DNA of 64,000 nt, from contig CAVSZB010000005.1 of the NCBI GenBank assembly GCA_963732385.1, forward strand, positions 288,001 through 352,000. Reading direction: 5' to 3'. Source of the stretch: an uncultured bacterium (GTDB lineage: Bacteria; Krumholzibacteriota; Krumholzibacteriia; LZORAL124-64-63). Shown here one piece after another: positions 19,884 through 29,529 of the stretch (within the stretch, counting starts at the first letter, position 1; each line of letters begins with the position of its first letter). A program made the translations under genes and the position numbers. Below the pieces are notes generated by a model that saw only the letters and a list, made by a program, of their open reading frames with translations, ran no database searches and had not been told where the DNA came from.

Positions 19884-21119
19884 TCAAGCGCCACCGGCTC
19901 CGGTGGGCGGACGCCGGCGGGCCCCACGGTGGATGGCGCCGCTGCCGAAGCGGTCCCGCAACGCATCCAGGACATGGTCAACGATTTCTATCTTCTCAAT
20001 GGCCCGATCCGCGAACAGCTCCGGCGGGGCCGCGGTGGACGGATAGAGACCCGTAAGTGTCACGCCGACAAGGCGTAGCGGCCTTCCCCGCCGGCCGAGA
20101 CGGCGGATCAGAAGGTCCCGGGCGACATCGCGCAGATCGGGGGTGCGGGCCGTGGGAGCCGGCAGGGTGACCGCACGCGTGACGGTGGTGAAATCGGAAT
20201 AGCGCGCTTTCAGATGGATGGTACGCGCATGCAGCCCCGCCGCGCGCAGTCGACGCGCGACCCGCTCCACCAGTTCGTCGAGTTCTTCCCGGAGCGCCGG
20301 TTCGTCGGCGATGTCGCGCGCGAACGTCGTTTCCGCGCCGATCGACTTCGCTTCCACATCGGGCACGACCGGGCGGTCATCGATGCCGAGCGCCAGTTCG
20401 CGCAGTCCCCGCGCGTGGCGGCCGAGCAGGGCGGTGAGCGCGTTGATGTCACAGGCGAGCAGATCGCGCACACGGCGCACGCCGCGCGCGGCCAGTTCCC
20501 GCTCCGTCACCTCTCCCACGCCCCACAGGCGGCCCACCGGCAGGTCGGCCAGGCGGACCGCGGCCTCCGCCTGCTCGATGATCACGAAACCGTCAGGCTT
20601 TTCGAGATCGCTGGCCAGCTTCGCCAGGAACTTGTTCGGCGCGATGCCGACCGAGGCGATCAGACCCACGTCCGCGCGGATTTGCGCCTTGATGGCGCGG
20701 CCGATCGCGGCGGCGGGGCCGAACAGACGCTGACAGCCGGTCACGTCGAGGAACGCCTCGTCGATCGAGAGCGGTTCGATCAAAGGCGTGAAGGCGGCCA
20801 GGACGGCGAAGACCTGCTCCGACACCTCCGCGTAGCGCGCCATCCGCGGCCGCAGGAAAACCCCCTGCGGACAGAGTTGTCGCGCGCGCGCCGCGCTCTG
20901 GGCGCTGTGCACGCCGAAGCGGCGAGCCTCGTAGGACGCCGCCGCCACCACGCCGCGACCTTCCGGCGTTCCCCCCACGATGACCGGACGATCGCGCAGC
21001 AACGGATCGTCGAGCAGTTCCACGGAGGCGTAGAACGCGTCCATGTCCACGTGAACGATGGCGCGAGGCGCCTGCACGCCGTCGCGCAGGGAGGAGGCCG
21101 GGTCGGGACGGTCGGGCAT
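19884..21119 (-). CDS. dinB: DNA polymerase IV
   Basis: HVDMDAFYASVE, AASYEARRFGV, SIDEAFLD, NKFLAKLASDLEKPDG, KSIGAETTF. Confidence 0.95.
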   Translation of the reverse strand: MPDRPDPASSLRDGVQAPRAIVHVDMDAFYASVELLDDPLLRDRPVIVGGTPEGRGVVAAASYEARRFGVHSAQSAARARQLCPQGVFLRPRMARYAEVSEQVFAVLAAFTPLIEPLSIDEAFLDVTGCQRLFGPAAAIGRAIKAQIRADVGLIASVGIAPNKFLAKLASDLEKPDGFVIIEQAEAAVRLADLPVGRLWGVGEVTERELAARGVRRVRDLLACDINALTALLGRHARGLRELALGIDDRPVVPDVEAKSIGAETTFARDIADEPALREELDELVERVARRLRAAGLHARTIHLKARYSDFTTVTRAVTLPAPTARTPDLRDVARDLLIRRLGRRGRPLRLVGVTLTGLYPSTAAPPELFADRAIEKIEIVDHVLDALRDRFGSGAIHRGARRRPPTGAGGA

Positions 21120-21132
21120 GGGTCATTCCCGT

Positions 21133-21879
21133 TCAGCCGGCATCGCCCGGCGCGGCGGGGGGCAAAGGCGGCAATGGCAGCACGTTGGGCGGGCAGACGG
21201 ACGGGATCCCGGCGGCGATTTCCAGCCGCTCCCAGGCGCCGCGACCGACCGGTCGCGCCCCGACCGCCAGCCGCGTCCAGACGTGCCGCAGCCGCACGGT
21301 GGGGGCGTGCAGCGCGAATCGCGGCGGCGGACCGGGCAGGCGCAGCACGGTCAGCGCGCCGTTGTCCGGCCCGTCGGAGACGACGTCGCCGGGACGGCGC
21401 GGCGCGGCGCCCAACAATGCACGCAGCGCAGCCTCGGCGCCCGGTCCCGCCAGGCCCAGCCGCGCGGTCCGCCCCGAGACATCGGTGAGCGCGACATCCG
21501 ACCGGAAGAGATACTGACGCAGCCGCTCGCGCGTATCGTCAAGCGTCGCCGCGGGCGCCTCGATCCGGATCTCCGCACCGCGCCGCCACAGACGCAGCAC
21601 CTCCGCCACGCGCCCCTCCGCATCGCAGAGCGCCGCGAGGATCGTGTGACCGGCGTCGAGCGCGGCCAGATCGACCGTCACCTGGCCCTGGAGAAAGCGT
21701 GCAGCGTCGGCGCCGGTGGCGGCGAGCAGCCCGATGTGCGAAAGATCGGCCAGCACATCGCCGGTCGTTGCCGCCACAGCCTCGTCCAGGGCCGACGCCG
21801 CGCCGAAACTGACTACGGCGTCCCCATCGAAAGCCGCTCCCCGGCCCGTCAGGAATTCCCGCCAGCGCTCGCGATCCAT
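21133..21879 (-). CDS. YgfZ/GcvT-like folate-binding protein, apparently C-terminally truncated
   Basis: DLSHIGLL..TG.DAARFLQGQVT.D, YLFRSDV, W..LEIAAGIP; ends without the KGCYxGQE motif. Confidence 0.7.
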   Translation of the reverse strand: MDRERWREFLTGRGAAFDGDAVVSFGAASALDEAVAATTGDVLADLSHIGLLAATGADAARFLQGQVTVDLAALDAGHTILAALCDAEGRVAEVLRLWRRGAEIRIEAPAATLDDTRERLRQYLFRSDVALTDVSGRTARLGLAGPGAEAALRALLGAAPRRPGDVVSDGPDNGALTVLRLPGPPPRFALHAPTVRLRHVWTRLAVGARPVGRGAWERLEIAAGIPSVCPPNVLPLPPLPPAAPGDAG

Positions 21880-21914
21880 GCCGCCTCTTTCCGCGGTCCG
21901 TGCCGTCGCCCCCC

Positions 21915-23099
21915 TCAGAACGCGATGCCGAGCGGTGAATTGGAGCGGATCGTAATGCCGCCGATCACGCGGCCATTGTGGTCGATCGCGCTGAAGAACC
22001 CAGGCGCCCACGACTTCACGCGGAGCAGGCCGGGATACAGATTCAGGCGCCAGCGATAGCTCTGGGTCTGCGCGAAATAGACCGACGCCATCAGCGAGTT
22101 GTTCCGGTCGTAGAAGATGCCGGCCGACGGCACCAGATCCACGGTCTTCACTCCGTCGCCCAGGTCGACCAGCCGTCCCGCCACCAGGCCCGCGCCGGCC
22201 GACCAGCAGTCGCCATCGGGCCTGGTGTAAGAGAAGCCGATCTCTCCGTGCGTCCCGTAGTGGTAGAACAGGCTCCAGCGTTCGCTGCGCGGCAGGCCGA
22301 GTTTCAGCGCGTAGTTCTGCCCGCCGTTCTCAAGCGTGCCGCGCCACGGATCGAAGGCCAGTTGATAGGACCAGTCCGCCATGTGCAGCGTCTCGCCGAA
22401 GAAGCGCGCCACCCGATCGGAGTTGAACAACAGCACCCCCGCCGGATCGAAGAGGTAGAGGTCGGCCACCGGATCGGTCGTCCACCCCACGTAGCTGTTG
22501 TTCTCCACGATCTCGTTGAGCACGTGGGACCCGAACATCGTGCCGACGGCGTACCAGCGGGGATGCGACCATTCGTGGGCGCGAAACCACTCGGCAATGA
22601 GCCGGTAACTCATGCCGCCACCGATGAGATGCTGGGTGTAGTTGGGCCAGTAGCGCGCACCCTTCGCGTTGAAACTGATCGGGATCACCTCGGCCTGCAG
22701 GAACTGCCACCATCCCTCGTGCTGGATGGAACCGAACGGATCGCGCACGTTGCGCCAGAGATTGGTGGCGCCGGTGTCATAGTCGATCTTGAAGGGGCGC
22801 CGATCGCGCTCGCCGACCTGGAAGATGCCATAGCCACTGTTGATGATCATGCGCAGCGGATGGACCAGCGACTCGCTGCCGTAGTCGAGCCGGCGATAGA
22901 AGAAATACGGCTCCGCGACAACGGACGGGAGGGCCGGCGACACGACCGCGGTGTCTCCGTGAGCCGGCGCCGCCGCGCCGGCCGTCGCCCCGCGCGGCGG
23001 GGCGAGTCCGCAAGCGCAGATCGCCAGAACGAAAAAGTGACGCCGGAATAAGCTTGTGATCAACAGCCTTCGATTCTGCGCAGGTGAGCCAGGAGACAT
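21915..23099 (-). CDS. Secreted/outer-membrane hypothetical protein (DUF3943-like)
   Basis: Signal-like N-terminus, NY..HLIGGGMSY, EIVEN...DPVADL, aromatic beta-strand-rich C-terminal half ending in F. Start could be TTG 23063. Confidence 0.55.
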   Translation of the reverse strand: MSPGSPAQNRRLLITSLFRRHFFVLAICACGLAPPRGATAGAAAPAHGDTAVVSPALPSVVAEPYFFYRRLDYGSESLVHPLRMIINSGYGIFQVGERDRRPFKIDYDTGATNLWRNVRDPFGSIQHEGWWQFLQAEVIPISFNAKGARYWPNYTQHLIGGGMSYRLIAEWFRAHEWSHPRWYAVGTMFGSHVLNEIVENNSYVGWTTDPVADLYLFDPAGVLLFNSDRVARFFGETLHMADWSYQLAFDPWRGTLENGGQNYALKLGLPRSERWSLFYHYGTHGEIGFSYTRPDGDCWSAGAGLVAGRLVDLGDGVKTVDLVPSAGIFYDRNNSLMASVYFAQTQSYRWRLNLYPGLLRVKSWAPGFFSAIDHNGRVIGGITIRSNSPLGIAF

Positions 23100-23223
23100 C
23101 CGGCGGCAAAGATGCAGGGCCCCGGCGCGAAATGCCAGCGTCAACGGCCCTGTCGATTCATCGCCTGCGAATAAGTGAAAATGAGACTCCGGGCGAGGCG
23201 CCACGGTCCGGGGCGTCCACCTG

Positions 23224-23949
23224 TCAGGCCCGGCGTTCGGGGAGGCGAGCCATCAACTCTTCCATCAGTTCCATCTGGATCTGCTGGATCTCGACCAGGT
23301 GCACCCACTGGTGGCTGAGCAGCTGGTCCATCTTGGAGTTGAGATAGCGCACCTCGATCTCGGCCTTGAGATTCGTGCGATAGTCCTGCTCCGCGCGCAG
23401 CCGGTCGCGCGCCTCCTGGCGTTTCTGGCTCATCATGATCACCGGCGCCTGCAGGGCGGCGATGCACGACAGCACCAGATTGAGCAGGATGAAGGGGAAG
23501 TGGTCGAACGGCCTCCAGAGCAGTTGGACCGAATTGACGATCATCCAGGCGACAAGCAGACCGAGGAAGACGATGATGAAGGTCCAGCTGCCGCCGACGG
23601 AGGCCAGCCGGTCCGCGATCCGCTCGCCGAAGGTGATCCGCTGCTCGAACTCGAGATTGATGTTCTGCGCCACCGTCTCCTGGTCGCGCAGGCTCTGCAG
23701 GATCTCCTGATCGATTTCGGAAACGGCGCCGCGCTCGCTGGCGAGCGAGTCCTGCACATACGCATAGCGGTAGCGGTTCAGATCGTTCAGGCAGATGAAG
23801 TGACCAGGTCCGAAATCGGGGTGGTCGCGGGCAATCAGCAGCCGCACGCTGGGCCGGATCACTTCGGCCGGCATGCCCTCGCCGGGCGTGTACGACTTGC
23901 CGCAGATCGCACACGTGAGCGGAATACTCATCCGACCGGGACGGGACAT
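23224..23949 (-). CDS. DUF1003 membrane protein
   Basis: TFGERIAD.LA..GGSWTFI, PFD.FPFILLNLVLSCIAALQAPVIMMSQ.RQ..RDR, NLKAE.E. Confidence 0.9.
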   Translation of the reverse strand: MSRPGRMSIPLTCAICGKSYTPGEGMPAEVIRPSVRLLIARDHPDFGPGHFICLNDLNRYRYAYVQDSLASERGAVSEIDQEILQSLRDQETVAQNINLEFEQRITFGERIADRLASVGGSWTFIIVFLGLLVAWMIVNSVQLLWRPFDHFPFILLNLVLSCIAALQAPVIMMSQKRQEARDRLRAEQDYRTNLKAEIEVRYLNSKMDQLLSHQWVHLVEIQQIQMELMEELMARLPERRA

Positions 23950-24100
23950 GGGCCGACCTCCGGGAGGCGGGTGAACGGGGCCAGCATAGCCGCCCGAAGG
24001 GCCGGCGACAACGCTTGGGCCGCGGCGCTGGCCGTGCTAGACTACCGCCTTCGCCCCGGACATCCCGGGTGCCTGGTCAGGTCACGCCGGGAGGAACCGC

Positions 24101-24514
24101 ATGCGCGCCACCATACGCGAAATCGACTACTGGTTCGTCACCGTGCCCGACCAGCCTGGGGAGGGGGCCCGCGTGCTCGGCATGCTCGCCGAAGCGGGGG
24201 TGTCGCTCCTGGCCTTCAGCGCCGCTCCGCACGGGCCTGGCGTGGAACAGATCATCCTCGTCCCCGAGAACGAAGAGGATCTCGCCCGCGCGCTCGACCG
24301 TGACGGTTACACGCTCACCGGCCCGCAGACCGCATTCCTGATCCAGGGCGAGGACCACATCGGCGCCCTGCTCGACGTGCACCGCAAGCTGTTCGAAGCG
24401 CGGGTCAACATCCAATCCAGCACCGGCGTCACCGACGGCCGCGGCGGCTTCGGCTACGTCCTCTACCTCCGCCCGGAGGACGTGCGCAGCGCCGCCGACG
24501 CACTCGGCGTCTGA
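24101..24514 (+). CDS. Tandem ACT-domain protein
   Basis: VPDQPGEGARVL..LAEAGVSL and GEDHIGAL...HRKLFEARVNI; GGAGG RBS. Confidence 0.78.
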   Translation: MRATIREIDYWFVTVPDQPGEGARVLGMLAEAGVSLLAFSAAPHGPGVEQIILVPENEEDLARALDRDGYTLTGPQTAFLIQGEDHIGALLDVHRKLFEARVNIQSSTGVTDGRGGFGYVLYLRPEDVRSAADALGV

Positions 24515-24678
24515 TCTCCCCCCACCTCCCGGCTACAGTATTTCGGACGGCCTGCCGATAATCCCGCTATCTCCTATCTTGTTTCTGGGAGATCCCGGTC
24601 TTAAGTTTACTGCGCGTCCGGAGCGCCCCCTGCGTCCGCGAATCCCGGCGCGCACCTCGTCAATCGGGAGGGCCGAAA

Positions 24679-25050
24679 ATGAATCACCTGCTCAAATCCG
24701 CATCTGCCCTGGTTTGGGCCGGCGTCCTGGCGTTTCCCCTGACCGCCGGCGCCACCAGCGGCTACCGGGACAGCTGGCTGAGCACGTATCCCGCTGCCTG
24801 CCAGACCCTGCGGACGGCCGCCACGAGCTGCGTCCTCTGCCACACCTCGGTCCCCGACCTGAACCTGTACGGCATCACCATTCTGGGCCACCGCACCACC
24901 ATGACGGCCACCAACGAGATCGATTCCGACGGCGATGGCAAGACGAACATCATCGAGATCAACGCCTGCTTCTTCCCCGGCGACCCGCTGTCGACCCCCG
25001 TCCCCAACGACGAACAGACCTGGGGTCTGATCAAGTCGCTGTACCGATAG
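24679..25050 (+). CDS. Small secreted putative monoheme c-type cytochrome with DxDGDG Ca-binding motif and TWGxIKxLY tail
   Basis: Signal peptide, CVLCH, LNLYG, DSDGDGKTN..EI...FPGDP, C-terminal PVPNDEQTWGLIKSLYR; GGAGG RBS. Confidence 0.72.
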   Translation: MNHLLKSASALVWAGVLAFPLTAGATSGYRDSWLSTYPAACQTLRTAATSCVLCHTSVPDLNLYGITILGHRTTMTATNEIDSDGDGKTNIIEINACFFPGDPLSTPVPNDEQTWGLIKSLYR

Positions 25051-25240
25051 CGAGCCGAGAACGCAAGCCAGCGGCCGCCTTTCCGAGGAAGGGCGACCGT
25101 GGGGCCTGTCGCGGACGACGCAGGGGACCGTAGGGCGTGGGGCGCCCCGCGCCTGTCCACGCTTTCCCTTCCGTGCTATGCTCTACCAGCACCTGGGAAT
25201 CGCCTCTTTCGCCCGTCATGTCGCGCGCAAGGAGGACGCC

Positions 25241-25939
25241 ATGAGCAACCTGCCGATCGAGCACCTTATCCAGCGTCAGATCCACCACTGGAACCGGTAT
25301 CGCGAACTGCTCGGGCTCGCGGAGGCTCCGGAGCAGGTTCGGCCGCGTCCGATCGTCACCATCTCGCGCCAGCTCGGCAGCGGCGGGCGGGTGCTGGCGG
25401 AGGCGCTGGCGCGACGGCTCGACCTGCAGATCCACGGCTACTCGCTCATCGACGAGATCGCCCGACGCCACGATCTCGAGCGACGTTTCGTGGCGCAGCT
25501 CGACGAGCGCACCCGCTCGGAAATCGCGCTGTGGGTGCGCGGCGTGCTGGAACGCCGCAACTTCACCAGCGACCAGTACCTCGCTTCGCTGGTGCGGATC
25601 GTGCGCACTCTTGCCGCACACGGCGGCGTCCTGTTCGTCGGCCGCGGCGCGCATCTGATCCTGGGGGGGCTGTGCGCGATCCGCCTGCGCGTGACCGCCC
25701 CGGTCGAGGCGCGGGTGCGCGCGGTCATGTGCTACGAGAACCTCGACGCCGCGGCCGCCCGCGAGCGCGTGGCGGCGTCCGACGAGGAACGCGACCGGTT
25801 CCTGCGCAAGCTGTTCAAGGTCGAGCCGGACGACCCGCGACAGTACGATCTCATTCTCAACACCGACAACCTGCCACCGCACGAGCTCGTCGGCATCGCC
25901 ATGACCGCGCTGGAGGCGCGAGGCACTTTCCGCGAGTGA
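25241..25939 (+). CDS. Cytidylate kinase-like family protein
   Basis: IVTISRQLGSGG, FVGRGA, D.ER..F...F...DP..YDL.LNT; AGGAGG before ATG 25241. Confidence 0.85.
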   Translation: MSNLPIEHLIQRQIHHWNRYRELLGLAEAPEQVRPRPIVTISRQLGSGGRVLAEALARRLDLQIHGYSLIDEIARRHDLERRFVAQLDERTRSEIALWVRGVLERRNFTSDQYLASLVRIVRTLAAHGGVLFVGRGAHLILGGLCAIRLRVTAPVEARVRAVMCYENLDAAAARERVAASDEERDRFLRKLFKVEPDDPRQYDLILNTDNLPPHELVGIAMTALEARGTFRE

Positions 25940-26107
25940 GGCTCGAATCGCCATGGCGCCGCGCGCGGGCTCCCGCTTCCTTTCCCCTTGTTCGTGGTCT
26001 ATTGTGGCCCGTGTCCGCCCCGCCCGGAGGGTGCGCGGGTCGGCGTGGTATGCGGCGCGACCGGTCTTTCCGCCCGAAGATCGGCCCTCCGTACATCCGA
26101 AGGAGCG

Positions 26108-28198
26108 ATGAACATGATCGGTCGCGGCATGAAGACCGCCTGCCTGGTGGCGGGCCTCGCGATGACGCTGGGTTTCGCGGATATGGCGCGGTCGGACGAG
26201 GGGATGTGGCCGTACGACCACGCGCCGATGGAACAGATCCGGCAGACGTACGGGTTCGCGCCGTCGCAGGCGTGGCTCGACCACCTGCGGCTGGCGAGCG
26301 TCGATCCAGGGGCGAGCGCGGCGTTCGTTTCGCCGGACGGCCTGATCCTCACCAACCACCACGTGGCGCTGTCGTCGGTGCAGCGCGTGTCGACGCCGGA
26401 GCACAACTACGTACAGAACGGCTTCTTCGCGGCCACGTCGGAGCAGGAGATCCCGCTGCCGGGCAACACGCTCAAGGTCCTGGTGTCGATCGAGGAGGTG
26501 GCGGCGCGGGTGAAGGCCGGCGTCAGGCCGGACATGAGCCCGGCGCAGGCCAGGGCGGCGCGGGAGGCGGCGATCACGAACATCGAGGCGGAATGCCTGA
26601 AACAGACCGGTCTCAAGGGCGAGGTCGTGGCGCTGTACGGCGGCGCCCATCACGATCTCTACCGCTACAAGGAGTACACGGACGTCCGTCTGGTCTTCGT
26701 GCCGGAGTTGCAGGCGGCGTTCTTCGGCGGCGACTGGGACAACTTCTGCTATCCGCGGTGGGACCTCGATATCGCTTTCCTGCGGGCGTACGAGAACGGC
26801 AAGCCGGCGCGCGTGGAGCACTGGCTACGGATCAATCCCGCGGGGACTCGTGACGGCGACGTGATCTTCGTGTCGGGCAATCCGGGACGCACGCAGCGCC
26901 TGAAGACGCTGGCCAGCCTGGAATACGGCCGCGATCTCACCTATCCGGAGCGGCTGGCGCGCACGCAGCATCAGCGCGAGGTCCTGCGCCGCTACATGGC
27001 CCTCGGCGAAGAACAGGCGCGTCGCGCGCGCACGCTCGACTATTTCTACGGCAACACCCTCAAGCGCCTGGAAGGCGAGCTGGGCGGTCTGCGCGAACCG
27101 CGGCTGATGGCGACCAAGCGGGCCGATGAACAGGCGCTGCGCGCCGCGGTGGCGACCGACGAGCAGCTGGAGGCGCGCTACGGCGGCGCCTGGGAACGGG
27201 CGGCCGCGGCCTACGCCTGGGCGGCGGCGCACGACGCCGACCGGCTCTACCGCAGCGAAATGCCGGGCAGCAGGTTCTTCGGCACGGCGCTCGGCCTGGT
27301 CCGCCTCCAGGCCGAGGCCGGCAAGAACGACGTGGATCGCCTGCCGGGCTACCACGAGAGCGAACTGCCCGACCTGCTGCGCCGACTGGGCAGCCCGGCG
27401 CCGGTCTACAAGGACATGGAAGAGGTCATGGCGGCCGACGCCTTCGCGCGGCTGCGAAACGGCCTTGGCGCCGAAGACCCGTTCGTGCAGGCGGTCCTGC
27501 AGGGACGCTCGCCGGCGGAAGCGGCGGCGTTCTACCTCCAGGGCACACGCCTCGACGATGTGGCCGTGCGCCGGGAACTGGCGCAGGACAACGGGAAAGC
27601 GGTGACCGGCAGCGACGACGTGCTCCTGGCGCTCGCCCGGCGTCTCGATCCGCTGCTGCGCGGGCAGGAGAAGGCCTTCCGCGAGAACGTGCGCGCCGTG
27701 GAGGAGTCGGCCGAGACAGACATCGCGCAGGCACGTTTCGCAGTGTACGGCGACAAGGCGTATCCGGACGCCACCGGCACGCTGCGCTTCGGCTTCGGCA
27801 GGGTGGCCGGCTACCCGTCGGCCACGACCCTGGTGCCGCCGTTCACGACCTGGTACGGCCTCTACGATCGGGCGCTCTCGTTCGGCGATCAGGGCGACTT
27901 CGCGCTCACCGCGAACCAGCGCACGCGGCGTGACCGTCTCGACCTCGGCGGCGTGCTCGACCTGGCCTGCACGGCTGACATCACCGGCGGCAACTCCGGC
28001 AGTCCGATCGTCGACCGCGACGGCCGCCTGGTCGGCGTCGCATTCGACGGCAACCAGACCAGCCACGCCAACCAGTTCGTCTACGACGAGACGGAGGCGC
28101 GCTGCATCTGCGTCGATGTACGGGGGATCCTGCAGGCGCTCGGCAATCTATACGACGCCCAACCACTCGTGGACGAGCTGCTGGCGGGCGCGCGGTGA
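26108..28198 (+). CDS. S46 family dipeptidyl-peptidase (DPP7-like)
   Basis: DEGMW, SAAFVSPDGLILTNHHV, FGGDWDNF.YPR, PDATGTLR, DITGGNSGSP, FDGN. Confidence 0.92.
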   Translation: MNMIGRGMKTACLVAGLAMTLGFADMARSDEGMWPYDHAPMEQIRQTYGFAPSQAWLDHLRLASVDPGASAAFVSPDGLILTNHHVALSSVQRVSTPEHNYVQNGFFAATSEQEIPLPGNTLKVLVSIEEVAARVKAGVRPDMSPAQARAAREAAITNIEAECLKQTGLKGEVVALYGGAHHDLYRYKEYTDVRLVFVPELQAAFFGGDWDNFCYPRWDLDIAFLRAYENGKPARVEHWLRINPAGTRDGDVIFVSGNPGRTQRLKTLASLEYGRDLTYPERLARTQHQREVLRRYMALGEEQARRARTLDYFYGNTLKRLEGELGGLREPRLMATKRADEQALRAAVATDEQLEARYGGAWERAAAAYAWAAAHDADRLYRSEMPGSRFFGTALGLVRLQAEAGKNDVDRLPGYHESELPDLLRRLGSPAPVYKDMEEVMAADAFARLRNGLGAEDPFVQAVLQGRSPAEAAAFYLQGTRLDDVAVRRELAQDNGKAVTGSDDVLLALARRLDPLLRGQEKAFRENVRAVEESAETDIAQARFAVYGDKAYPDATGTLRFGFGRVAGYPSATTLVPPFTTWYGLYDRALSFGDQGDFALTANQRTRRDRLDLGGVLDLACTADITGGNSGSPIVDRDGRLVGVAFDGNQTSHANQFVYDETEARCICVDVRGILQALGNLYDAQPLVDELLAGAR

Positions 28199-29490
28199 CC
28201 TCCGCGCCACGACCGACCCGCTCTCCCTGGGCCTTCGTCCCCACCCTCTACTTCGCCGAGGGGATGCCGTATGTGCTGGTCAACAGCGTGTCGGTCATCC
28301 TCTACAAGCGGCTGGGGGTGACCAACGCGGCGATCGCCTTCTGGACCAGTCTGCTCTACCTGCCGTGGGTCCTCAAGATGCTCTGGGGCCCGCTCGTGGA
28401 CCAGCGAGGCACGAAGCGGGCCTGGATCCTCGCCACCCAGCTCGCCCTGACCGCCTGCCTGGCGGCCCTCGCGGCAGCGATCGGCCTGCCCGGCTTCTTC
28501 GCGGCGACTCTGGCCGTGTTCACGCTCGCGGCGCTCGTATCGGCCACGCACGACATCGCCGCCGACGGCTTCTACCTCCTGGCGCTCGACGACCGTCGGC
28601 AGGCCCTGTTCGTCGGCGTGCGCACGCTGTTCTACCGCGCGGCGATGATCTTCGGCTCCGGCCTGCTGGTGACCCTGGCGGGCCGCCTCGAACGCGGGGC
28701 GGGCGGTGTGCCGCGCGCCTGGACCACCGCCTTCGCCCTCGCCGCGGCGCTGTACGGCGGCCTGTGGTTCTACCACCGCGCGGCTCTGCCGCGCCCCGAC
28801 GCCGACCGGCCGTCGGGCGATCCGCGCGCAAGCGGGGCCTGCGCCGGCGCGCACTGGCGCACGGTTTTCGGCTCCTGGTTCGGGCAGCCGCGCATCGCGG
28901 CGATCGTGGCGTTCATCCTGCTCTTCCGGCTCGGCGAAGCGATGCTGCTGAAGCTCGCCTCCCCCTTCCTGCTCGACAGCCGCGAGGCGGGCGGGCTCGG
29001 ACTCACCACCGCGCAGGTGGGGGTGGCGTACGGCACCGTGGGGCTGGGTTGCCTGATCCTGGGCGGAATCGCGGGCGGCTGGCTGATCGCGCGGTTCGGG
29101 CTGCGCCGGATGCTCTGGCCGCTCGCGCTCACCCTCAACCTCCCGCACGCCGCCTATCTCTACCTCGCCCACGCCCAGCCGGGGCCGGCGCTGGCCTACC
29201 CGCTCGTGGCCCTGGAGCAACTCGGCTACGGACTCGGCTCGACCGCGTTCATGGTGTACCTGATGCAGGTCTCGCGGGGCGAGCACCGCACGTCGCACTT
29301 CGCCATCGCCACCGGCCTGATGGCGCTGGGCATGATGCTGCCGGGCATGGTCAGCGGCGCGATCCAGGAGGCGATCGGCTACCGCGCCTTCTTCCTGCTC
29401 GTGCTGGCGCTCGGCCTGCCGGGCCTGGCCACGCTGCCGCTGCTGCCGCGGCTCGCCGACGAAGGGAACGGGGATCCGGTTCCCCGTTGA
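28195..29490 (+). CDS. AmpG-like MFS transporter
   Basis: PWAFVPTLYFAEGMPY, PWVLK.LW.P.VD, SATHDIAADGFY; ~12 hydrophobic segments. Confidence 0.85.
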   Translation: MTSAPRPTRSPWAFVPTLYFAEGMPYVLVNSVSVILYKRLGVTNAAIAFWTSLLYLPWVLKMLWGPLVDQRGTKRAWILATQLALTACLAALAAAIGLPGFFAATLAVFTLAALVSATHDIAADGFYLLALDDRRQALFVGVRTLFYRAAMIFGSGLLVTLAGRLERGAGGVPRAWTTAFALAAALYGGLWFYHRAALPRPDADRPSGDPRASGACAGAHWRTVFGSWFGQPRIAAIVAFILLFRLGEAMLLKLASPFLLDSREAGGLGLTTAQVGVAYGTVGLGCLILGGIAGGWLIARFGLRRMLWPLALTLNLPHAAYLYLAHAQPGPALAYPLVALEQLGYGLGSTAFMVYLMQVSRGEHRTSHFAIATGLMALGMMLPGMVSGAIQEAIGYRAFFLLVLALGLPGLATLPLLPRLADEGNGDPVPR

Positions 29491-29529
29491 TCCGGCGCCC
29501 TGAAATTCTTTCGCGTGGGAGATGACCCG

